From NCBI GenBank assembly GCA_964016885.1, contig OZ024741.1:337218001-337282000 (forward strand): 64,000 nt of DNA, given 5' to 3'. Source of the DNA: Eledone cirrhosa. Its lineage: Eukaryota. Positions 41,104-53,740 of this stretch are shown piece after piece (positions within the stretch are counted from its first letter, which is position 1; each line of letters starts with the position of its first letter). The position numbers and the translations under genes were made by a program. The notes beneath the pieces were generated by a model, which saw only the letters and a program-made list of their open reading frames with translations, did no database searches and was not told where the DNA came from.

Positions 41104-41712
41104 TCATCATCATCACCATCGTTTAATGTCTATCTTCCATGCTAGTATGAGTTAGACGGGAATTGTCCCACTTGAGGCAAGATTGATCGAGTGACCATGT
41201 CTCACTCATATAGGACTGTATCTGGCAGGTTTTCTATGGCTGGATGCCCTTCCTAACACCAACCACATTTACAGTGTGGACTTCGAGCCTTTTTACCATG
41301 TCTCCTACATGACCACTTTACAGCATGGACTGTGTGTTTTTTTTTTTGTCATGACACCTACACAACCTCTTTAGTTTGGACTGGATGTTGTGGTACCAAC
41401 ATAACTTTACAGAGAGAGAGTGGTGTTGGTGGGAGTGGGAAGATGGAGTAGGGGTAGTGGGTTGGGATGTATATTTGGTTAAGAGGTGCCTACTGACTGT
41501 AGGTTAACTTTGTACGTAGGGAAGGCGGGTCTTCTGTATTATACTGCGTAGCGCCAAAGATCTCGATCCAGTAACATTGTCTTAGAGAGGTGTAAGTGAG
41601 CAAGGTTGGATTTGATCATGTCGTCCCAGGTTTTTTTGGGTTTACCTACTCCATAACTTCCATCAATTTTGATCGCCCTGCACTCTTTTATACAGTTGTC
41701 ATCTTTCATGTG
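41104..41712 (-). mobile_element. 5'-truncated RTE 3' end (diverged subfamily)
   Basis: MKDDNCIKECRAIKIDGSYGVGKPKKTWDDMIK plus 3'UTR. Confidence 0.85.
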
Positions 41713-41739
41713 CATATATACATATGTACAAATATACAT

Positions 41740-41783
<44 letters not shown>

Positions 41784-42625
41784 TGCCTAATATATATCTA
41801 TATATACCTCCTATACATAATTTTTAGTTAACTTCTAAATTTCTTGATTATGTATACTCTGAACTAAGAATAATTCATGCATTTACACCCTGTTATATAT
41901 AGGTGTATATTTAACCTTAACATGCCTCAATCTATTATTTTATTTTATTTTTATCTTCGTCGTTATTATTTACCTAAAATATACTGGCTCATTAATATAT
42001 ATCTATATACATAATCGTTATTTAAATATTTCTAACAATAAGTACTTCAAAAGCTTTACATACCTAATATGTTGGTATTTTTGTTAAAGTTTAAATTTAG
42101 GAAAATAATCAACAGTATAAAATTTCATTCTTGATGTGCCAGCTAAATCCTTTAAATGTTACCCTCATAAGACTCAGAAGCTTAGAAATGTTAACACACT
42201 TATAGAATTTATAAAACTAATATATAAATAACCAGCAAAAAAATCCCGAAATCTTGATTCTTCACCCTAAAATTATAAATTAAATATTTTCAAAATTAAC
42301 CGTTTAACTTTCGTTAAAAATCTCCTTCTGCATATAGCACCCCCTCCCCCTTATCTTTCCCTCTCTATAAATCCTTTTCCAGGGGCTATCACTGGCTGTT
42401 ATGATTCATGAGATGTTTTCCTAGATAAATCGTAGTATCATACATTTTAAAATCTCTATAACTGTTACATTAAGCAACGTTTTTCTTACTCACACATTCT
42501 CTATTGAATTTATTACGTTTTCGCATTTTCTCATAATTAGGGTATATATGTTAAATTTTCTCTTAGGTTAATCACTACCTTGATTAAATCTTAACCATTT
42601 AACATCTCAGGGTATGTCATGTATC

Positions 42626-42688
42626 ATTATATTTTGTCTGATGAGGACGTACTGTTGTACATCCGAAATATGTATAATAAAATGTAAT
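42626..42688 (+). ncRNA. Type I hammerhead motif
   Basis: ATTATATTTTGT-CTGATGA-GGACGTAC-TGTT-GTACATCC-GAA-ATA-TG-TAT-A-ATAAAATGTAAT; 12-bp stem I (with G-U pairs), 8-position stem II with one mismatch. Confidence 0.85.
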
Positions 42689-42872
42689 TGATCAAAAGAA
42701 CATCTATTTTATTAGATTTATATTTTAATATTAATAACTCTGGAAAATTATTTTTCCATAGAGTGCTTCCAATCTACTTTAAAACTCATTCTTTGACATA
42801 CTCATCGAATATTGTTTAACACTTTAATATATATATATATATACACATGTGTGTGTGTATATATATATACAA

Positions 42873-42964
<92 letters not shown>

Positions 42965-42968
42965 ATAC

Positions 42969-43001
<33 letters not shown>

Positions 43002-45115
43002 TACATATATATATATATATATATACACATATATTTGTGTATACGCACATGCACACACACATATATACATATAAAGAAGGAAAGGACAAATTAAATAATG
43101 TAACTCTAAATACCTCTCAAAAGATTGTATGGCCAAGTCTGGTATGCCTTTGGGTATTTACCACAATTATAACACAGGGTCAGCAGTTTTGGAATGAATG
43201 CAAAGTTGATTATATTAACCCCAAAGTGTGACCTGTACTTCATTTTATTGACCTCGGAAGAATGAAATGCAAACATGACCTCTGCAGAATTTGAACTCAG
43301 AATATAAAGAGCTGGAACAAATAATTGCTTCTACTTTTGGCACAAGGCCAGCAATTAACCAGTGTATTACTGGTACTTTATTTTATCGACCCCGGAAGGA
43401 TGAAAGGCAAAGTTAACCTCGGCGGGATTTAATGCTAGATATTTGTCCAATGCTGTCATGATTCTTCTTTTTCACCTACCTAGTCCTGAGAGGCTCATGG
43501 ATGTAGAGTCCTCAAACATGCCTTCCTAATGGTCGTATCAGAGGCAGCCATCTCCAAATGATCTGGCTGGTTTACCAAGCAAGACTAAACAAGCTCATAG
43601 ATGTTCCTTGACCATCTTGCTTATTGCCAGCCTCTGGTTTACCTGCTGGTTGGCTTTGCCCATAAAGTCTGTCCTGCAATTTGTTCTTTATACATTTTAA
43701 CCATGTGTCTATAGTATAGGAGCTGTGATCTATCAATTCAAAAACGTAGTAGCTCTACGTGAAGCAACTCCCTGATCTCCAAGCTATACACTCTATCAAG
43801 TAACAAATACTTCTTTGAAGCAACCCCATTTTGTCTGCTTGTATTCATGATCCAAATAATAATGACTAGAAACATAAATGTCTCCATATATACTCTGACT
43901 TAAAAGGGATGTAGCTTTGATCATTCAATCAGTTCTTATTTTTTTTACTCTTTTTTCCAATTTAAATCATGAGTGTGGTCATGCTATGGCATCATCTTCA
44001 ACATAATAATTTAGTTTAGTATACATCTTAACAGTCACTGTATATCAAATAGATAACTTCATCTATTGAATTATATCACTTTCAGGATGAAAATACTACT
44101 AAGCATTTACAGTAATTTACCGAAATTTGTATGTAATGTGCGTCTGTGGAGGTAGCAAATTGGCAGAGTCATGAGAACAGTGGATAGAATGGTATGTGGC
44201 CAAGTGGTAAGGCTGAACTTACAATCATAACATCGTGGGTTGAATTCCTGAATTTGGTTGTGTGTTGTGTTCTTGAGCAAAATGCTTTATTTTACATTGT
44301 TGCAATATACTCAGCTGAAAATGAATACCAGCAGTAGCTGGGGGGTTTAACCCTGTGATGGACTGGTGTCCTGTCCAAGGAGAAGTTTTGTAGTCTCAGT
44401 TGCTACGGACACCAGGTTAAGCACTGGCTTGATGAACCTCTGGGCTTGAGACAGACTTAAGACTTTTAGAATAGAATGCTTTGCAGTATTTGATCTATTT
44501 ATCTGCGCTCTAATTTCAAAACTCACAGAGCTCACCTTTTATCGTTTCGAGGTCCATAAAAAGAATTAATCCAGTAGTGAGGTTAATTCTTCCTCTATAT
44601 CTCTTTCTCAATTCCTCCTCACTTCCTCTCTCTATCTCTTTCTCACTCTCTTTCTTGCTTCCTCTCTATCTCTTTCTTTATTCCTCTAGAAGAAATTGAC
44701 AGTATTTAGACCTGGTTAGGGGATGGGCTCCGCCAAGTTTAAAATGCTCAAGACTCACTGTATATCACTATGGTAACTCCATAAGGAGTTACAAGTCTAT
44801 CCATCCATACATATATACATACATAGAGACACACATGCATTCATAGACACACACATACATACATATATACGTAATACACATATATGTATATATACACACA
44901 GCATATGTCTGTACCCAGTTTAGTTTCCCTGGTTAGAGCTATTTCAACATCTGCACACACTGTAGAACAGATAGACAATTTGTTCTGTGACGATCCATCC
45001 AACCCTTGCTAACAGTGTAAAATAGACATTAAATAATGATGATGATGATGATGATGATTACTTTTGTTATTTTTCTACTTTCTTAACATTATTTACTTAT
45101 TTGTTTGTTTTGTAG

Positions 45116-45381
45116 GTTTTAGAACCGACCAGAATCCAAGGAATTCACATCATGGAGATACCAGAAATTTCATTCTAACTAATCCTAATCAAGCCACCAA
45201 TTACAATAATACAGTTGACCTAAAGTCTTTCAAAATTGGTAGTAGTAGTAATAGTAATAGTAGTAGTAGTAGTAATCCAAGACAATCAGTTCACTTGCAG
45301 AAGCAACCATCAACAAAATCAACAAGTGGTAATACATTCTTATCCAAACCACTTCCACCTATACCAAATAATTATTCGTAA
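45116..45381 (+). CDS. Probable terminal coding exon of the same gene ((C)FRTDQNPRNSHHGDTRNF...SKPLPPIPNNYS*)
   Basis: T-rich tract + tgtag acceptor ending 45115; exon starts at codon position 2, completing T|GT (Cys) with the upstream phase-1 exon; Ser/Asn-rich tail with KPLPPIP motif, TAA at 45379-45381, AATAAA near 45453 and 45471. Confidence 0.65.
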
Positions 45382-45589
45382 ATATATATTCTTTTCTTTT
45401 TTAACCAATCACTGCAAGAGACAAATCAAGTCTGGGAAGAATTTTTTCTCAAAATAAATACATGTAAGAAAATAAAAAATTACTACCATATTTTAAAGAA
45501 TTCTCTTGTTCTGTTATAATGTGTTCTGGTTTGTCATGAAGTTTGCTTCACAATCATGAAGTCCCAGGTTTAATCTTGTCCATGGGGTA

Positions 45590-45930
45590 CAGGAGAAATA
45601 TACCACCTAAACTCAGGTGTAGAGTCTGTCACCCACAACTGAAATATTTAACCTTGACTGGGGTGTAGAATCTGTCACAGACAGAGATATACCACCTAAA
45701 CTGTCACTCCCTACCACAGCTGAGATATGTTGCCTAAACTGGAGTGCAGAGCCTGTCATCCACGGCTGAGATATACCACCTAAACTGGGGTGTAGAATCT
45801 GCAATTCACAGCTGAGTTGTACTGCCTAAATTGGGGTGCAGTGTCAGCCATTCATAGCTGAGATACACCACCTAAACTGGGGTGTAGAGTCTGTCACCCA
45901 CAGCTGAGATGTACTGGGGTGTAGAGACTG
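45590..45930 (+). repeat. About 46-bp tandem repeat, about 7 copies
   Basis: Unit GAGATATACCACCTAAACTGGGGTGTAGAGTCTGTCACCCACAGCT. Confidence 0.85.
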
Positions 45931-48397
45931 CTGTTCACTCCCACTTCTCTCTACTTTAATGATTTATTTCTTATGATTAAATTTGGAATTTGCTGGATTA
46001 ATGGTTTTAAATCTTATAAAAAGTGAAAAATCCCAGAATTCTCAATTAAATGTGAATGCCTGTAGTCTGGTTCTCAGATAGTGGAATCTGAGTACATCAA
46101 GAATAAAAAGAGATTTGTGTGAGTTGTGTCTAGTTATCTGGCATACAATACTTCAACATAAGGAAGCCTCTACACTCTTTCTCTTTTTCTCTATATCTTC
46201 TTTTCTCCTCTAGAAGAAATGGAGAGTGTTCAGACCTGGAGTGGAGATGGGCTCTGCCAGGTTTAAAATACCCAAGACATATATGTGTGTATGTCTGGAG
46301 GGGGACTATCACGTGTAGTGTTGGTAAATTTCGGGAAGCATGGAAGTTTAGTGAATTGGTTTATTTGGATTAATCTACTTGAGTAGATTCCTTTAACAAC
46401 TAACCCCTAATTTAATATGAGAAGAAACATAACTATTTTATCTTCATTCTTTTTGTTGAGTGTAGATTTTTCCATGTGACATGATTTTTAGCAATGACTG
46501 AACAAGAATAAACAATTGCCTTTTATTTGTGTTTAAGGTGTGTGCATAATGATAGAAATGGAAACAGTCCTGGCATGCAAGTGAGATAGAGCTACTTTTG
46601 ATATAGTCGTGCCTGACCTATTAGTCCAGGCAGCCAAAGAGGAAAAAGAGAGCGAGTCTTGAGATCTCGCCTATTTATTTTGTTTGCGGGAGGTAACTCG
46701 TAATAGTTCTGTTTTCAGCGCTAGATGTCACTACAGAAGTTTTGAAGGATGCAGTATCCCGACAATTAACAACTGATGCAGGAAGTTTGTTCCATGCTTG
46801 ATGTTAAGAGTTAATGCACAGATTTTCTCAATGATCTGTCCACTAGTAAAGACACAATAAATATTCGAATTACCAACCTATTTTAAAGATATTTTCAGCT
46901 AAATCATTAAAGGATGTTAAGAGTTAAGACAAGACAGCAAATTTTCACAACAATCTGTTCACTAGTAAAGACATAATAAACATTTGAATTACCAACCTAT
47001 TTTTAAGATATTTTCAGCTAAATTATGAAAGGATATTTAAAGTACCAGTCAACTACTAGGGTCGATTCTTTCTCTATAACTCTTTTTCGCTTGCTTTCTC
47101 TCACTCTCTATTCTTTTCCGGAAGAAATCCGTGGTATTCAAACATGAAGTGAAGATGGGCTCCACTAGGTTTTAAAATGCCCTAGAACTGCTGTATGTCA
47201 ATATAGCACCCTACAACTTCCTCAGAAGTTATGGGTCAATACATACATACATGGTATTTATTACATCCTATAAAGTTAGTTAGTACATAATGCCATTGCA
47301 TTCTGTTCTATACTGATGACATATCATTAGTTTTAATATAGTAAATTATACCAGATTACATTAGATGATACATGATAGGTATTTCAATTTCATTATAACT
47401 ATTATATTATTATCATGACAATACCCACAGAGATTATTCAAAGATTAGATGAACAGTTAATAAGCTAGTCCATCAATCCATTCGTCCATCCATTCAATAC
47501 TTTATTACATATATAAGCAGATGTTATTTTTATTTAAGTATCATTTCATTAAAAATATGGCCCTCTTCTCTCCCACACACCTTGATTAAAGATTAACTTT
47601 CATTTGATTGAGGATGCAACTAATATTGACATCTCATTAATTATACATTAACTCGACTTAAAGTCCATAGATAATGTTTATATATATTATATATATATAT
47701 ACATATATATAAATACATACATAGGTATATAAATATACATAGTTATATATAAATATACATATAAATACATAGTTATAAATATAAATATAGATAAATACAC
47801 ACATATGTATATATAAATATACATATATATATATATTTGTTTTCAAGGATTTTGTTATGAAATCGTGTGTCAAAACAAATGTTGTTATACTTGGGAGGCT
47901 CATTTTGTTGTAATATTGCCAGAATATTAACAGAATAATAACAGAATAATAACAGAACACACTCATATATATATATATATAAATACATAGGTATGTATAA
48001 ATATACATATATATATAAAAACATACATAAATGACATGGCTCTGTAACTACTGAGGAAGTTATAGTGACACCATATTGACATATGGCATTTTTTAAACCT
48101 GGCAGAGCCCATCCCTTTCCAGATTTGAACACAGCAGATTTATTCCAGAGAAGGATAGAGAGATTGAGAGGATGGAAATGAGAAAGAGATATAGAGAAAG
48201 AACAGACTCCAGTACTTCACTGGTACTTTTATTATCAACCTCGAAAAGATGAAAGGCAAAGTTGACTTTGGTGGGATTTGAACTCAGAGAGCAGAGCAGC
48301 AATGAATACCACAAAGCATTCTAGATGATGTTCTAATGATTCTGCCAATTTGTCACCCTAAATACATACATAGGTTTATATGAATATACATATATAT

Positions 48398-48572
<175 letters not shown>

Positions 48573-48750
48573 TGTTTAATATAAGGAATTGTTTATTCAT
48601 TATTTGTTTAATATTTTATCTTGACTCTGTATACCGTTTATCTTTCACCGAAAGTGATTTTTCATTACATCTCTTCTTTCCATGATATCCGGAATACATT
48701 GAGTTCTTCATACGGATTGGACACTACCGTAAACTCTTGGTAGATTTATC

Positions 48751-48792
<42 letters not shown>

Positions 48793-49087
48793 TATATACA
48801 TATGTATATATTTCTTTGCTTAAACTTTAATCTGTTATATATATATTTATATATATTCTTCCCATTTTCGGTTAGCTTTTCCTTCTATGTTGTTTACTTG
48901 TCTCACTCGCTTTACACGTTTCACTTGTCCCAATAGCTTATTTTAGTTATTGCTCGCACCAACCTGAGGTATATGATTTTTAATGCGATGAAATACCAAT
49001 GATCATTGGCAAATCACTGATGAGGGACTAATTTTATAATATGTATTCCATGTGCAACCATGCAGTATTCTTCTCCCCATGTTTTTC

Positions 49088-49126
<39 letters not shown>

Positions 49127-49128
49127 TG

Positions 49129-49179
49129 AGATTCTACAGGACTAGAACTGTTTCATTCTTTAGAAATCATCAGGAATCT
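49129..49179 (-). ncRNA. Type I hammerhead motif
   Basis: Minus strand AGATTC-CTGATGA-T-TTC-TAAA-GAA-T-GAA-ACAG-TTCTAGTC-CTGT-A-GAATCT; all three stems pair, GUA triplet. Confidence 0.85.
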
Positions 49180-49437
49180 GGCTTTCCAAAATAAATGTTG
49201 TGCTATTTATGTCTTTTCAGGTGGTAGGAGAGGGTGGGGAGTGGGATGGGTGGAGGTCATTGGTTGAAAGAAAAGGGAATTCATTAAAAGCTAATTCTTT
49301 AAGGCTATAATTTATATTTAAAGTGACAAAGGCAGAAAGAATTCTATAAACAAGTTCAGAATGGGGTGCCACTCCTTATTTTTAAGTTTCTCTTAAGCTA
49401 TATTCCAGGTGTCAACAGACACATTCACATACACACT

Positions 49438-49477
<40 letters not shown>

Positions 49478-49514
49478 CATACATATATATATACATATAC
49501 ATATATATATATAC

Positions 49515-49561
<47 letters not shown>

Positions 49562-49606
49562 TATATAGATACATATATACATATATATATACACACATAC
49601 ACATAG

Positions 49607-50869
49607 ACCTTCCTATACCCCGATGGATCTTACTGGATCAACAAGAAATCTCAGACCCCATTTGACGTCAGCATGGGAGCGAGTGACTCGGCTGAAATTA
49701 GCCTGTACATTTTACATCACCTGAAGAACCACTTTACTGGCCTAACCGGAGGTTTATACCGAGACGACGGCCTCTTCGCCCAGCACAAGGTTAACCCCAG
49801 AACTACCGATGGGTTTCGGAGAAACTTAAGCTTGTTCTTCCGTAATCTAGGATTTAGTATAACTATAGAATCTAATATGACTAGGGCCAACTTTTTAGAT
49901 GTCACTCTCGACCTAGATACTTCCTTCTATTACCCGTACCACAAACCTAATGAGTCCCTTAGATATATTAATATTAATTCTAACCACCCCAAAAACATCA
50001 CTGATAACTTAGTAAAAAGTGTCTCTATTAGAATCTCTGGCCTCTCTGCCAATGAAGATATATTTAACGCCTTTGCCTCCTACTACAATGACGCCCTCGT
50101 CCGCAGCGGATTTAAAGAAAAGATAACCTACCTAGAAACCACCGCAAGAATGTATAGGAGGAATAGGCATAGGCAGATCAGCTGGTACAACCCTCCTTTC
50201 AATAGAGAGGTCTCTACACCTATAACTAGGATTTTCTTCACTTTGCTGAACACACACTTCCCCATACAACATAGGTACTACACCATCTTTAATAAGAACA
50301 CAATAAGACTCTCCTACTCCACTTCACCTAACCTAGCTAGGAATATAGCCAATCACAATTCTAAAAAATTAAATAAGCCAACCACCTCCGAACCCAATCC
50401 CAGGACTGTGGCCTTGTGTAATTGCCTAAATAAGTAAGCCTGCCCACTTGAAAACAAATGCCTGACGAATGATATCATATACAAATGCGATGTCATCTCA
50501 GGCACCGATGATTGCAACAACAAAAAGACTTACATCGGCATGACTTCCAATAACTTTAAGACCCGGCGGTATGCCCATACCCACTCCTTCAGAAGACCGG
50601 ACAAATCAAATCAGACAACACTCGCCTCCTATGTTTGGGACCTCAAAAGGAACTCCACCCCCTTCACGCTTAAATGGAATATACTTCAGAAAGCGCGTTC
50701 TTACATCGGAGGACACAATGGCTGCGACCTTTGTATCTCAGAGAGCTACGAAATTTTATTCGCCAAGGGCCCGATACTGAACAAACTCTCTGAACACTGC
50801 CCGAACTGCATGCACAAAAACTTTGCAACTTTCAAATACCTTAAGCCAGTGTTAATGCCCGATGGCTAA
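49607..50869 (+). mobile_element. Penelope-like element (PLE): C-terminal RT plus GIY-YIG endonuclease, 5'-truncated, one in-frame stop
   Basis: FDVSMGA..GLYRDDGL..NFLDVTLDL..PYHKPN..YININSNHP; TAA at 50435-50437 is in frame with CPLENKCL..IIYKC..TYIGMTSNNFKTR..H..SF and a C-terminal CDLCISE. Begins abruptly after a (TA)n tract. Confidence 0.93.
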
Positions 50870-51137
50870 AAACGAATTCCCCCTTTTTTTTTTAAACGCC
50901 AGCCGACAAAATAGCCCCTCTACCTCCTTCCCACCCCTACAATACCCCTCCACAACCTGAAACACGGCACTATGGTTATGTACCTATCTGCATTTTCTGC
51001 TTGTAGAGCTGTTTTTATGTGCCTGTGTGTATGCGTATATTTATGAGTACATGTTTGTATGTATTTATATGAGTGGCCGTTCGTTTGTATGCATATCGCT
51101 ATGTACGTGCGTTCATATGTACCTGCATGTATGTTTA

Positions 51138-51206
<69 letters not shown>

Positions 51207-51397
51207 ATATATATATATATGTGTGTGTGTGTATATATATATGTATATATATATGTGTGTGTGTATATATATATATGTGTGTGTGTATATATATATATGT
51301 GTGTATATATATATATGTATGTATGTATATATATATATATGTGTATATGTATATATATATATATGTGTATATGTATATATATATATGTGTATATGTA

Positions 51398-51461
<64 letters not shown>

Positions 51462-51630
51462 GTGTGAGTGTGTGTACATATATATATGTATATATGTCTC
51501 TGCTTCTATCTTTACACACGGCACTGGACAGAATTGCTTCCACATCATTCATTCTCATCTCGGGAACAATTTTGAATAGCGCCAGTTCGTAATTTGAACT
51601 CGGGAATTTTATATTCTCCGAGTGAAAAGA

Positions 51631-51716
51631 ACCTCTGACGAGAGTTTATCTTTTCAATGGAAGGCCGCAAGGACTGTCTATTTATTTTTGAGACTCGAAA
51701 CCGATTCGGTAAAGGT
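51631..51716 (+). ncRNA. Hammerhead motif with long stem II loop, downstream of the PLE ORF
   Basis: ACCT-CTGACGA-GAGTTT-[43 nt]-AGACTC-GAA-ACCG-ATT-CGGT-A-(A)AGGT; one extra A before stem I. Confidence 0.65.
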
Positions 51717-51773
51717 AACCATAGTGAGAACAGTGAATTTTTTGAAACTTTTTTTTATTTGCTAAACCTTGAT

Positions 51774-51870
<97 letters not shown>

Positions 51871-51875
51871 GTATG

Positions 51876-51911
<36 letters not shown>

Positions 51912-52146
51912 TGTGTATATATATATATATGTATGTATATATATATGTATGTATATATATATATATATATGTATGTATATATATATATGTATGTATATAT
52001 ATATATATGTATGTATATATATATATATGTATGTATATATATATATGTATGTATATATATATATATGTATGTATATATATATATATGTATGTATATATAT
52101 ATGTATATATATTATATATATGTATATATATATGTATGTATGTATG

Positions 52147-52230
<84 letters not shown>

Positions 52231-52295
52231 TATATATGTACATATATATATATGCATATATATATGTACATATATATATATGCATATATATGTAC

Positions 52296-52349
<54 letters not shown>

Positions 52350-52526
52350 ACATAAACAGAGAGAGCCTTAAGCGATACTCCGACCAACTCTATCTCACTC
52401 AACAAACATGAGGATATACTTAAGTATTATCAGAATTTAGTGTTTGGGTGCTAACTAATCAGTATTGCGTGGATAGCTGGTTGTATTATTTTATATGAAA
52501 CATTATTAAATAAATATCTCTTTCCT

Positions 52527-52650
52527 TCCAGACGGCCGTTTCGTTATAAGATTTCTACAATTTGGGATAAATAATTTCCATGTTATGTAGAAACTTGTAT
52601 ATAATCCATAGTTTTATACACAAGCGGGTTCTTATAAACTCATCAGTGGA
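52527..52650 (-). ncRNA. Type I hammerhead motif with a large branched insertion in stem II
   Basis: Minus strand TCCA-CTGATGA-GTTTATAAGA-[about 80 nt, two hairpins]-TCTTATAAC-GAA-AC-GGCC-GT-C-TGGA; canonical GUC triplet. Confidence 0.85.
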
Positions 52651-53188
52651 TGCCCAAGTAATATCGATATAAGAATTATATCAACACTAAGAAGAGACTG
52701 GTAGATTAGAAAATCCAGCAGTCCTCCCAAAAATAAAATACACGCTGTCCCCAAATGTATATATATATATGTATATTTGTGTATGTGTATTTATGTATTT
52801 TGTATATGTGTATATATGTGTATATCTGTAGATGTGTTTGTATATGTGTATATTTATTTATATATATATATATGTGTGTGTATATATATATGTATGTGTG
52901 TGTATGTGTGTATATATATATATATACACACACACACATATATACATATATATGTATATATATATATGTGTGTGTGTGTATATGTGTATGTATGTGTGTG
53001 TGTATATGTGTATGCATGTGTGTGTGTGTGTGTATATGTGTATGTATGTATATATATATATATATATGTATTTATGTATATGTATGTATGTATATATATG
53101 TGTGTGTATATATATATATATATGTATATATATGTATATGTATATATATGTATATATATGGATATATGTGTATATATATATATATATA

Positions 53189-53230
<42 letters not shown>

Positions 53231-53439
53231 AGTATGTATGTATATATACGTACATACATATATGTATACAGACGTACAGCGGTCTGTATATATATATACA
53301 CATATATAGATGCACGTATCGGTTTACCGAACATTTATTATAATGCTCGGTTTGTTTGTAAACAAACAAACAGCCCGAATTACGCCGTACAGTGTTTTAG
53401 GCAACCACGTCACCTTTTTGTTCAACACTGACACTGGAA

Positions 53440-53480
53440 CGATGTACTAGTTTCAAACTTATTAGCTATCGTCAGCAACG
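53440..53480 (-). ncRNA. Type I minimal hammerhead motif
   Basis: Minus strand CGTTG-CTGACGA-T-AGCT-AATA-AGTT-T-GAA-AC-TA-GT-A-CATCG (one stem I mismatch). Confidence 0.75.
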
Positions 53481-53740
53481 TATACCTTCCTGCCAGATGA
53501 TTGAACATCTGAAAGTATATACTTTATGCATATTAACGGCTGAGCAACCTAATTTGCATATCGAGTGAGTTAATCGGTCGGGCGCACCGAAAACGGTAAA
53601 CGGAAAAAATGAAACGAAATTTCATTTCTCACTCTTAGTACGGCTGTTACTTAAATATAAGTATGTATACGTACATACATATATGCATACAGACGTACCG
53701 TAGTATGTATATATATATATACATACATGCACACATATAT

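Noticed and set aside
53494-53525. CAGATGA..GAAAGTATATACTT hammerhead-like string
   Set aside because: No stem II or stem I pairing.
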